From Candidatus Bathyarchaeota archaeon (lineage in GTDB: Archaea > Thermoproteota > Bathyarchaeia > Bathyarchaeales > Bathycorpusculaceae), in NCBI GenBank assembly GCA_963770935.1, contig CAVYRJ010000011.1, forward strand, positions 105,382 to 169,381: a stretch of 64,000 nucleotides of DNA, given 5' to 3'. This document shows, one piece after another, positions 33,381 to 44,093 of this stretch. Made by a program: the position numbers and the translations under genes. The stretch's first letter is position 1. Every line of letters begins with the position of its first letter. The notes below the pieces were generated by a model. That model saw nothing but the letters and a program-made list of their open reading frames with translations, was not told where the DNA came from and made no database searches.

Positions 33381-33730
33381 CATCGAGGCTTTTGCCTATA
33401 AGGAACTAAGACATTGGGTGATGCCGCGCTTTTTCAACGATTATTTGAGGCATTTAGATAAGGTGAAACAATTTCATAGAATTGAGAGATATGAAAGGGG
33501 GAACCTGAACGCACTTTAGACAAGAGGTAATTCAAAAAACCATAATGACAATTTTTTTCTTCGTTGTGACACCTACTTGTGACATACATAACGCAAAGAC
33601 AGAACTGGTTATTTTGCTGAAAGCAGAACCCTTAGGGTCGAATGCTACAGAGAACCATGACGCCGTGATAGAATTCAGTAACAGCGGTGAGAGCTTAAAT
33701 CACTTCTCTTTGATAAAATCGATGGAAGAA

Positions 33731-33776
33731 TTGGAGCCTTCGGCGGGATTTGGACCCGCGACCATTACCTTACCAA
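33731..33776 (+). repeat. att copy 1 (antisense 3' part of tRNA-Thr)
   Basis: ttggagccttcggcgggatttggacccgcgaccattaccttaccaa, identical to 54873-54918. Confidence 0.95.
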
Positions 33777-34663
33777 CTTCTTCTGGAAGATTAAAGCTGC
33801 CCAATGATAGCTCCGCTGTCGATTTCTGGCTAAATTTCAACCAATTTCTAAGAATTGATTACCAACCAGATTATGCTAAAGACATAATGCGTAAGGCACA
33901 AGAATTCTATCAATGCTTGGCAAGCGGCAACCTTTCGGGGCTTAAAATGCTTCCAACCGAAAAACGACGCAGGGCAATGCTGGCTCTATCGGCGCTATCA
34001 AAATTCACAGGCTGCCATGATAAATTTACTTAATTAGTTAAAGCATATGGATTAAAATGGTCCGTTAACAACGATGATATCATTATCGCTCGGTTGATTA
34101 AATACAGCGGCGGAACTGGAAGCGAACGCACTAGCGACCTTTTCAACTGGGTAAAGAAAGTGAAAAATGAAATTCCCGATTTCAGTACGTTTATGGATTT
34201 CACTGTCGCTACGGGTTTGAGGTTGGGTGAAGCAATAGAAAGCTACAAATTAATCGTTGAATTGAGCGAACAAAACAAACTGAATGAATATTACAATGCC
34301 GAGCGTTGCGTTCTTGAACACTTTAGGTTCAAATCTATATTCATTCGCAGAACAAAGAAGGCATTTATGAGTTTTGCTTCCAATGAGCTAATTGAGAGAG
34401 TACGAGAAAGTGGATTCAAACCAACAAACGATATAATCAGAAAACGAATTCAGCGACGCAAACTAAAACTTTGTTTTCCAGATTTGCGAGAGCTTTGGGC
34501 AAGCCGAGCGGTTAGGCATCTTAGCCAACCAGAAATTGACTTTCTACAAGGGAGAGTTTCAGCGTCGGTTTTCATGAGAAATTATTTCAACCCTGCGTGG
34601 ATAAGCGATTTAAAGAAAAGGGCAATTAAAAATGTGAATAAACTATTGCAAGTCGCTTCTTAA
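33777..34663 (+). pseudogene. SSV1-type integrase C-terminal part, element A (in-frame TAA at 34031)
   Basis: TGLR..EA, LEHFRF, DFLQGR...SVFMRNY; ORFs 33545 and 34094 are the same frame across one stop. Confidence 0.88.
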
Positions 34664-34911
34664 TCCTTATCCTATTCCTTTTTATTGAAACCGAATCCGC
34701 ACCTTGATCTAAACCAAGTAGTATAGCACCAATTACACCAATAGCCGCTGCAAGTACTCTTATCGCTATTACAATTTAATTCATGCAAACCACTGGCTTT
34801 CTCTTTTCAACTGACTAAGGATATAACACTTTTCAAGCAACTCAGTAAAGAAAAAGTTAGCGGGAGAGCAAAAAACTAAAAGATTATTTTAATTAAATAA
34901 GTGATATTTTA

Positions 34912-35868
34912 TTACGCAATTCTCTTAATGGACTTTTCATCCAATCCTTTGCCATCCCAATCATATGAAGGGTTGTCTCCTGTAACGTCATCAAAGATAA
35001 GCGACCATCCACTTCTATTGACAATAATTTGGTATGCTGAATTTTTGTCAAAAAAGAGATGTTTTATCTGGTCATAGGCTTTGCTGACGAATTGCGTCCA
35101 ATGCGGACTCTCTATCCAAGGCATAGAAGAAAACACTTCTTTATCTGGTTCGTATTTCACAGTTCTGTTTGGAGGGTAATGCTCAATCTTTTTATTACCC
35201 TGATGAAAGGTAAATTTACACGTTTTGTTCGCCCATTTTGAATAGAAACCAAACATGATGCAAAATTTGGTAACTTCATCGAAAGGTATAACCCGAATAC
35301 TAAAGGAGTTTAACTGAGAATCATTATAAATCTTGTTTGCTTCGTTTAAAGCTTCATTATATATTTTTTCAAGAAGAGGATTATCTATCCCAAACTTTGT
35401 TACATCTACGTCAGCCAACGGAATTGGATATGACTTATTTTCTTTTTCAATTTTTAATTCGTTTTTGCTCTGTTTCTTTTTTTCATCAACAATTCGTTTA
35501 GTCTTTTCTTCTTGTTCGATTTTGTTTTCTACAGAAACATTATTTACAATGTTGTGGTCACCGATTACTTGAACACTTCGTGATGACTTTTTCTGTGACT
35601 GATTGGACGTTCTTTTGCCTGAACTGTTTTCTTTTTCTCCAAAATTTTCAATAAACTTCAAAACTACCGACCCAATTGATTCTGGTTTTAGCATACTTCC
35701 AGCACTCAGGATAAAGAAAATAACAGTAATACCCCAAGAAATTTGACCTGATATAGTTGTCCACTGACTATTTATGGAAACAACTAAAAAAATCAAACCC
35801 ACCACTAAGGTTGCTAACCCTGCAAGATAGCCATCTTTCTTCTTGTCATCCATGTCATTCCAATACAC
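34912..35868 (-). CDS. hypothetical protein with 2 N-terminal TM helices
   Basis: 318-aa ORF, 2 TM followed by a soluble domain. Confidence 0.7.
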   Translation of the reverse strand: MYWNDMDDKKKDGYLAGLATLVVGLIFLVVSINSQWTTISGQISWGITVIFFILSAGSMLKPESIGSVVLKFIENFGEKENSSGKRTSNQSQKKSSRSVQVIGDHNIVNNVSVENKIEQEEKTKRIVDEKKKQSKNELKIEKENKSYPIPLADVDVTKFGIDNPLLEKIYNEALNEANKIYNDSQLNSFSIRVIPFDEVTKFCIMFGFYSKWANKTCKFTFHQGNKKIEHYPPNRTVKYEPDKEVFSSMPWIESPHWTQFVSKAYDQIKHLFFDKNSAYQIIVNRSGWSLIFDDVTGDNPSYDWDGKGLDEKSIKRIA

Positions 35869-35978
35869 CGAATATACTATTTTTATTTTTTGATAAAAAA
35901 GAAAACATATCTTAAAATTGTATATTTCTCAGAACGCAAAAACTTAACCCTGAAATAGTGTTAAAATGGAAGAACAAG

Positions 35979-36647
35979 TCATATGTAGTAATCGTCTAAC
36001 GATTTTTCATCTTTTCTCGCTTTCAATAAAAGGAGCAAGCTGACACTCACAATTGCAACAATAAAGAAAAGCAAAATAATGTTGGACGAGGCAAACCATT
36101 TGTCGGGGTAAAACATAATAATAGTAACCGAAGATAAGAAAATTAATCCCAAGAAAAATGGTCGGCAATTCTTCATTTTTTCTGATATGAACTTTTTGAA
36201 TTCTTTAAAGGTAAACTGTTTATGTAAATTCTTCGGTCTTTTTTCCAAGTAAAAGTAAAAGCTAATACCTAAAATCGCCGCTACAAGGAACAGAATAAGA
36301 GCGATTCTTAAAACACCAAAAATCAATAAACCAAAAAGAAACATGAAAATTCCCAGAATAGTGTAACTATACTGCAAAAACATTTTTGAATTATCTTGGA
36401 ACATAATCGAAGCTGTTTTTCCAATTGTATCTTTGGAAAGCCCTAAAACCATAAAAAGAGCATACATTGATTAAAGGACAATTAAGATATTAATTAGAGG
36501 AATCAAATCCAAAGTTCCGAATTGATAAACTAAATTTAGGATTGGATATTGAGTTTTTACGTAGGCAAAAACTGCCAGTAAGCCAAATATGAATATGGCA
36601 CGAATTTCATCGGTTCTGCTTACATCTTCGTTGTTGTCTTTACTCAA
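35979..36647 (-). CDS. multi-pass membrane protein (in-frame TAA at 36471)
   Basis: hydrophobic frame continues upstream past one stop to TTG 36647. Confidence 0.55.
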
Positions 36648-36777
36648 ATTTTCACTTGCTTGTTAGTTATATCATTGGCTAATTAGTTTTGTGTCAAATT
36701 GTTACATGATGAATTTTGCTAATGCAAAAACTTAAAGCCGCAATCACGAAATAAAGGTGAAATGGTAGCGATGAATC

Positions 36778-37068
36778 ATGAGCGGTATTGATGGAGAAGA
36801 GTTGAAGAATTTTGTTAGCTCAACAATAGACAGCATCGAAGCTGGATTAAAAGGTAAGAGCAAAGAATACGTTCTTAATGGAAGTATTAAGTTTGAAGTG
36901 GCAGTGTTAACTGCTAAAAAAGGCGAAGGCGGTTTGAAATTGTTTGTTGTTGACCTTTCTGGAAAGAAAAGCAAAGAAAGCACTTCAAAAATTACTTTCG
37001 AAGTTATAGATAAGGGAAAACAAAAAGGCGGCGGATTTGTAATAACACAACCACGTTCTTTCGGATAG
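36778..37068 (+). CDS. Trypco2-like small protein
   Basis: L..FV..T...I..G, I.FEVAV....GEGGLKL.VV..G......SKITF pattern. Confidence 0.6.
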   Translation: MSGIDGEELKNFVSSTIDSIEAGLKGKSKEYVLNGSIKFEVAVLTAKKGEGGLKLFVVDLSGKKSKESTSKITFEVIDKGKQKGGGFVITQPRSFG

Positions 37069-37857
37069 ACTTTTTCTTTAAGGCACGATTTTTGTTGACT
37101 GGCGAAACAAAAGAGCAACCAACAGGCGATTAGACTGGTTTGTAAGTTACTAAATTATTTTTACCTTTTGTGGACTCATTTTTTGGAAAGTCAAAAAAAG
37201 TTTACGGAAGTTATCCAATTTAACACCTATGATAGAATTCGATAGAAGGTTTTTTCAAGATTTCGGGCGTATGGGTATCGTTAAAGCGTCAATAATTGCG
37301 CTTCTTTAGCTAAATTGGGCTTTAAAAGTAGACGTTACAATCCGAAAAAACCATTCACGTCAAAACCTCCAACTTTATCCTATCGGACTAAAATTGAAAC
37401 GTTCAATTCTAACTTATTTAGTCAAATAGAACCCATTTTTGACTCCTACTTATGTTTTTACCAATCATTTTCTTAACTCATATGGACAATGTCAGAGCTT
37501 CATTTAGAATACTGTTGAAAATCTCCATGCAAGACAAACGAGCGTTCTGTTCGTTGATACTTCGTTAATTTTAGTGTCGAAAACTGTAATAACTGTGTTA
37601 TAATTAAGTTAAGGAATCATGCACTTTAGTTCCCCAGAGTACACCTACTTTTAGACTCCGTTTCAAAACCGCATAAATTAGGTACTTATGATTATAGGAG
37701 ATAGCATTTGTACTTGTCTCGTGGCTCTGCTCAAGCTCAAAGAGAAAGAAGCAGAAAGATGAACCAATAACTGATGAATGGCTAACCTTTTCTTAGAATA
37801 CTGCTTGAATAAGCTTATATTAAATATGCTTTAGACTAATTAACTGGAGATAACTGC

Positions 37858-38286
37858 TTGAATTTCAAGCTCAGAAGAAATAAATCATTATTTATTATCG
37901 TTATACTGATAGTTGTTTGGATTGTTATCTCGACGTTTATTTTATTGAACACTTCGATCGTCAGGGCACAGATAAATGGTGTAGACGGTTTAATAATGAA
38001 TTCAACTTTATCTTTATCTGGCATCTTTCTCGCAGTAATAGGCATACTGCTCGCCATCTATTGGTCAAACGCCTTGTCGGCTGAAATAAGAAGATCAATC
38101 AAGATGCTGTTAGTTGCAATAACTACTTTAACTGTTTTGAGCGGTGTAACATGCTCAGTCGCTTTTGCAGGGTTACTTTTTGAATCTCAAGACGTGATAT
38201 TACCATTGGTTTTTCTCTTCTTTTCAACAATATACTTTTTCATTACAAGCACAGTAATCCTAGTGTGGATTTCAGTAGGCAGGTAA
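37858..38286 (+). CDS. 4-TM membrane protein
   Basis: hydrophobic ORF, first gene of a tight three-gene run. Confidence 0.65.
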   Translation: MNFKLRRNKSLFIIVILIVVWIVISTFILLNTSIVRAQINGVDGLIMNSTLSLSGIFLAVIGILLAIYWSNALSAEIRRSIKMLLVAITTLTVLSGVTCSVAFAGLLFESQDVILPLVFLFFSTIYFFITSTVILVWISVGR

Positions 38287-38292
38287 AATGGC

Positions 38293-38592
38293 TTGATAGC
38301 CCTTAACAAAGTGCAAAGGGAAATTTTTGCGAATCGTTATGAACTAAGAAAATACTTGGAACCTAACCAGATACGCTATAAGGATCTAACGAAAGATCTT
38401 CACGAAACACTTCTAAAGAATTTAAAAGTTAAAAAACTCAGCGAGACCTATCTAGTCAACATTCTTCACCAAGCACTAAGTGAAGATGATCGCCTAATCC
38501 AATACATAAAAAATCAGAAACCTCTTCCTCCTCAAGATGATATAGAAGGAATAGTTTTTGCAGTTGCTTACCTAGTTTCGGGAATTGGATAG
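38293..38592 (+). CDS. hypothetical protein
   Basis: 99-aa ORF tightly packed in the run. Confidence 0.6.
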   Translation: MIALNKVQREIFANRYELRKYLEPNQIRYKDLTKDLHETLLKNLKVKKLSETYLVNILHQALSEDDRLIQYIKNQKPLPPQDDIEGIVFAVAYLVSGIG

Positions 38593-38609
38593 TCAGGGAG
38601 GTTCAAACT

Positions 38610-39772
38610 CTGAGTAAATCAAATATTGGCAAACAAGAAATCGACAAAGAAGCGAAAAAAGCTGTTGAAATAATTACTAATGTTGCAAACAAATACGACA
38701 TTCGAATTTCAAAAGAAAGAAAATTCGTGCTTCAAGAACTCTCCATACAAGAATTTTCAGAGAACAATGAATTGAAGGAAATAAGAATTCCCTTTGATGA
38801 TAAGACTACAGCGATTGCGCTGATTAAATTTAAAAAGCAAACTGCCAAAGAATTATTGTCTAAAAGCGATCAGTTCTTGGCAGCAAACAAGGATCATCTA
38901 AAGATGCTGAAAAAAGGAGTAGATGTTTGGAATAACTGGAGAAAAAAATATCCTTTAATTAAACCAAACCTTAGCGGAGCAAACTTACACAATGCAAACC
39001 TTATTGGAATAGACTTAAACAAAGTTGACCTAAGCGCAGCAGATCTTAGCGGAGCAAACTTAACCGATGCAAACCTTATTGAAGCAAATCTTGGCAGAGC
39101 AAATCTTAATGGGGCAATCATGATTAGGGCAAAATTGAATCGCGCAAATCTTGCTGATTGTAGAGTCTTTGGTGTTTCTGCTTGGAGTATAAAAGGTTTA
39201 GCAGAAGCAAGGCAATCGAATCTTGTAATCACCCCTTATGGTGAGCATACTATCACAGTAGATGATCTTGAAGTCGCTCAATTCATTTACATTCTCCTTC
39301 ATAGCGAGAAGATCCATAGAGTGATTGATACTTTAACATCCAAAGCTGTGCTTATACTTGGTCGTTTTACTCCAGAGCGAAAAACCGTATTGGATGCTAT
39401 TAGAGTGGAGCTTCGGAAACGAAACTATCTGCCAATATTATTCGATTTTGAAAAGCCTTCTAGTCGGACTTAACAGAAACAATTAAAACTTTAGCTCATA
39501 TGGCACGTTTCGTTATTGCTGACATCACAGATCTTAAGAGCGAACCTCAGGAATTAAGTGGCGTTATTCCATTTCTTCCATCAGTTCCAATTCAGCCAAT
39601 TATGCAGTCTTCTGCCGAAGAATACGTTTTGTTTGAAAACTTCGAGCGCTACAATTGGGTTCTTAAACCTCATCGATACAATGACATAGGTGATTTGACC
39701 AAGTTTCTGGAGGAAAAAGTCATTGCTCCAGCCGAAGAAAAAGCAAAAGAATTACAAAAAAAATGTCTTTAA
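38610..39772 (+). CDS. pentapeptide-repeat protein with C-terminal TIR-like alpha/beta domain (frameshift ~39470)
   Basis: A(N/D)L repeats; VLILGRF...LFDFEKP...ARFVIADITD..S.PQEL; GGAGG before in-frame CTG at 38610. Confidence 0.8.
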
Positions 39773-40178
39773 ATAAAAAAAGAATGCGAGTACATCTTTC
39801 ATAGATATTTACAAACTGTAACAACATATTATTTCCAACAACTCGTCGATTGTCCGTACGACATATTCTTTATTTGTTTGAATAATTGCACAAAACTGAA
39901 AGGCTTTATTGTCTTCAGTCTTGTACAACACATGAAATCTTTGTTCATGCATCTTTCTTTATATCTGGCACTTTCAATTTAGTTTTTTTTGTCGTCGCCT
40001 TTTAGTCTTTGTGGGACCTGCTCAATCTTTCGTTGGAAGTCTGAAGTTCATTCTGCTTCTATTATCAATTTCACCATTAGTTCTTTGAATATACCCAAGA
40101 AATAAATCTCCAAACATCACATTTCCTCATCCAAACTCTATTATAGTACTAAAAAAAATATTCAGTCTATAGTTCTCT

Positions 40179-41974
40179 TCAAAAAATCTCAAGTTTGGGA
40201 TAACCTATAGTACATTCTGGTAGAGCAATAAAATTTTCATAAAGCCACGGTTCACTTGGTTGATTCTTATGTTCAATTACCAAACCATAACTATCACTAT
40301 TTATCCGGTTCCTCTTTGTATCCGCTTTAAGCAGACTTTTAATCTTTGGCAAATCTAACAAAACTGGCTTAGTTCGCCATCTCCCCCGCGCCATAGAAAG
40401 TGCCTCTATTTGTTTCGTAAACAATGTATGCTTGATATCTTGTCGTGTTCTAAGTTCTGTTATTGAACCATCAGCTAATTTCAAAAAATCTTCATAGAAA
40501 TACTGCCAGCCATGACGCCCGACAGCGGACTCACCTTCTCCTTTTAAGATGTATGTTTTGGCTCGGAAAAACGATAAATCTCCTTTGCCTTTGACATCCA
40601 TCACGACAGGAATTGAGTGTTCTCCGTCGCTTAATTCAAAGTGTTTTCCAGCCATATCCTCTTCTGTAAAGATCGAGTCAGTATCCATTGCATAGATTCT
40701 TCCAGTGCATTTATCGAAAAGTCGGCTCATGACCGCATGTGAACTCGCCAGCACAGTTGAATAAGCTGGAAAGTTGGAAGTTCTCGCGATCGGATGCGAT
40801 TGACCTGTTTTCCACTTAGACTATTTAAGACGGCTTTACCGAACATGTTCTCGTTTTCAGATTGTTTGCCTTCGATCCGTTTTAGGAGCATATCGGCGTA
40901 TTTTTCATGTATGTTTGAGCGTTTGAAAATCGGTTTGTAAGCATGTGCAATTGAAAGAATCTCAGCTTTAGCTGCAATAATATCGAATGTGTGATAAAAG
41001 CCACTGATGATTCCTGTCGCATAGAAATTATTGGTGCCACGCAAAGGCAAGCCCCAAAGATCGTTCTCTGTTTTGAAAACGCCTTCCACCCAACCGTAAT
41101 TGTGGTCATCAAGTGCTACATCTTTATCTGTATTTAATTCGCCAATTTTGCAAGATTCTGCTCCTACAATATCGAGCGCTCTTGAACCAACCAAACAAGT
41201 GGGATACAAAGATTTTACATCTTTATAGGTCACGTTCGGAGAAAAACCTGTTATGAATCCTTCGCTACGACCTGCAAAGCAACAGCTCTTGATTAATCGT
41301 TCCAACGGTGGCACTGTAACAGTACGTTTAATACGCATCAAACGACGTGGTAACTCAAAAGTATCTCGCGCTAAAGTTCCAGCGCTCGCATGGTCAACTG
41401 GATTCGCCCCAAAACTTTCATCTAACCATTTCACAATTCTGGCTGTAATAACGGCGTCCGCCGCAGCATACTCGACAAAATCTCGGCGTTCTTTTTCGTT
41501 TTGCCATCCACGTAAACCAAGCCACTCTGGTTTTGCCAGCTTTGGATAACCCACGATTTCACCCGCATCAGCTAATCGGCGCACTCCAAAATTCTGCAGC
41601 AACGGTCTTACGTCGTACACATCCGCATTGAAACCTCGAAACGAAATTTTGCCAATCGTCTTAACCCCGCGCGTTTTATACTTAACATGGTTTGAGCCCA
41701 GCAACTCTTCAATCGAACCAAGATCGGGCAAAATAACGAAACCATACAATACTTTGATGAAACGATGACCAATCAACCAATCTTTCAAGTCACCCGCGTT
41801 CTCCAACACAACGGTATTTTCTGAAACGCCGTTTGAGAATTGGACACTTTGAACATCTTCAGGCGCATTAACCCTACCCGACATTAAAAATTCAGAATCA
41901 AAACCCCACGCCGAACACAATTTGCCCTGCTTTTTTGCCTTAACAAAATTTTTGCCGTAAGTGTGGTTGTCCAT
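40179..41974 (-). CDS. polB: family B DNA polymerase, protein-primed-like, ~600 aa (one frameshift in an A-run ~40810)
   Basis: ExoI FDSE, ExoIII YAAAD, FAGRSE, motif A DVKSLYP, motif B KAVLNSLSGK, motif C YAMDTDS, KTY. Confidence 0.9.
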
Positions 41975-42863
41975 ATATACACCTTAAATAGAAACTTGTT
42001 TTCTGACGACATTCTAGTTTGTTTTACTGTTTTAAGCTCATTTACGGTGTATTCGGTATAGTCGCGCTTTTGCTTTAATGCGACTATATACTTTTACACT
42101 CAAAAGTGTAATCGCCAAAAAACTTGAATTTCTAATTTTTTAGAATCCACTCGTTCAAATTTCTTTTAATTCAATTATTTTTTTTAATCATTCTTTAACA
42201 GGTAAATCAATTTTTAGTTTTAATATTTGAGTGGGTTCGGCGGAAATCTGAGTATAAGTATTCTTCTTTTTTTGTTGGATCAAATGCACACTGGCAGAAA
42301 GCAGGATCAGTGGTCTTTTCGAAGTAAATTTTTCTCTGCCCAGATTGGCTGCATTTCTTGCATTCCAAATAGAAAAATTGTACTGCGCCAAAACTGTCTA
42401 TGCTGAATTGGTAGTTGGGTACAAAATGGCTCTTTATTTCTAAAGTGGTCTGATGTTCTAAGTGACTTTGAATCTAAAGGAGTCACAAAAAGTGAAGTTG
42501 CGCGGGCGGTTTTGTTAGCTGCTTGTCATACAGCTAATTCAAATGAAATGATGATTTGGACAAAAGTCCGTGCTGCGTTTTTGCATAAACGTACCATTGA
42601 TGAAAAACAAAAAAAGCTGATACATGAAACAGATTGGTTGCTGTTAAATAATTTTACTTTCATCTTTTTTGATATACTTTCAATTTTTAGTAATATGGAA
42701 GTTTTACATATGTCTGAAACCTCGCTGTCAATTTTTAGAATAGCTGTCGATTATAAAGTTGAACAGTCTCAACGAATTCAAACTGAACTAATTAATTTCC
42801 TAAACAAGTTCAAGACGGCTAATACCCAAATAAAACAAAAAACTCGTCAGGTGTTTAGAAATA

Positions 42864-43139
42864 ATGAAGACAATTTGTTCAGTATGTGGAAAAGAAGGGT
42901 TCCTTCAAGTGCGTGGCAAGAGTCGGCGTGTCGGTCACTATAGAGGTTTTAAAGGTAAGACTCGCGTGGTTGAGTGGCATGCTTTAACGGCAGAAGTGGT
43001 AATCAATAAGAAAACGGTAATCAATAAGGAAGAAAAGAATAAGCTATTTTTGAACCGTTTTGGAGAAACTCGGAGAGAGTTGGAGCCTTCGGCGGGATTT
43101 GGACCCGCGACCATTACCTTACCAAGGACCGGAAAATAG
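42864..43139 (+). CDS. integrase N-terminal part, element A (Zn-finger-like)
   Basis: CSVCG..G...H...H; reads att as LEPSAGFGPATITLP, the same frame as int(C) at att copy 1. Confidence 0.8.
   Translation: MKTICSVCGKEGFLQVRGKSRRVGHYRGFKGKTRVVEWHALTAEVVINKKTVINKEEKNKLFLNRFGETRRELEPSAGFGPATITLPRTGK
43080..43127 (+). repeat. att copy 2 (junction of elements A and B)
   Basis: 48 bp identical to 54873-54920. Confidence 0.95.
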
Positions 43140-43147
43140 GAGACCAA

Positions 43148-43975
43148 TTGAACTTTGCGACCTTTAATTGGGTCGAATTTAGTAAATTTGTCCACGGGAA
43201 GTACGCAAAATCTAACGCACCTAAAGTAATGAGTTACTCAAAACGATATTTTTACTTGCTTGAAACAGGGGATATCGGAAAAATTAACTCCTTTCCACCA
43301 ACTATCAAGACCGATGTCATCAAGTGCCTAATCATAGTCACCAAGTATATGGGTCTCCATGAACAATTCAAAGCTGCACTGAAAAGCTATGGAATAAAGG
43401 TAAGCCGACCAGACGCTTTCGCCGCCTTTCTTCGACTCTACAACAACCACAGCAGCAACTTGGACGAATGGTTTGCCAAAGTTGAGCCAGTACTAACTCA
43501 ACAAGAAAATTTGCTCCTTAGGTTTTTACGGTTGACTGGACTTCGAGCAAACGAGGGAATCACCAGTTTTAACAAGATAATTGAGCTTTCAAAGCAAGGA
43601 AAATTAAGCGATTACCTGAACAGTGAACTTGGAATCCTGGAGCATTTTCGATACAAAGCAGATTTCTTGCGGGGAACGAAGAATGCTTTCATCAGCATTG
43701 TGCCTGAGAGTATTATCGACGAAATCTCAAATAGCCAACCCGTAACTTACGCAGGAGTGATTAAGAAATTACAGAGACGCAAGATTCCCAGTCGAATCAG
43801 CGAGTTACGCGATTACTACGGCACTTTCATGATTAAGCACGGGCTCGTTGCTCAAGAAGCCGATTTGCTCTGCGGTAGAATTCCACCCAGTATATTCGTC
43901 AGGCATTATTTTTCTCCAGCAATAAAAGAACTTAGAGACAGAACACTGCGAGCCCTGAATGAAATGGTCGAATAG
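43148..43975 (+). CDS. SSV1-type tyrosine integrase C-terminal part, element B
   Basis: TGLRANE, LEHFRY, LRGTKNAF, ELRDYY, GRIPPSIFVRHY; homologous to 33777-34663. Confidence 0.9.
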   Translation: MNFATFNWVEFSKFVHGKYAKSNAPKVMSYSKRYFYLLETGDIGKINSFPPTIKTDVIKCLIIVTKYMGLHEQFKAALKSYGIKVSRPDAFAAFLRLYNNHSSNLDEWFAKVEPVLTQQENLLLRFLRLTGLRANEGITSFNKIIELSKQGKLSDYLNSELGILEHFRYKADFLRGTKNAFISIVPESIIDEISNSQPVTYAGVIKKLQRRKIPSRISELRDYYGTFMIKHGLVAQEADLLCGRIPPSIFVRHYFSPAIKELRDRTLRALNEMVE

Positions 43976-44093
43976 GCTCAATCCAGCGGAAGGTTATCCG
44001 AAGCGCATACGCCATGAATTCAATCATTTGTAGTAAAAGGTTGGAAAACTGAATTCCGCAGTCAGTGACCAAGAAAAATGCTTTATACAAAGA

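Larger units (their letters stand above)
33731..43127. mobile_element. integrated element A (~9.3 kb): split tyrosine integrase, PolB, cargo
   Basis: direct att repeats at both ends; int(C) at left end, int(N) at right end. Confidence 0.88.

Noticed and set aside
40179-41974. Element A as a casposon or classical pipolin
   Set aside because: No Cas1 or terminal inverted repeats seen, and the polymerase has DTDS/KTY rather than piPolB motifs.
42188-42943. ORFs between polB and int(N) as terminal protein or replication genes
   Set aside because: No recognisable motifs and weak starts; the region could hold decayed genes or an origin, but I cannot support either.
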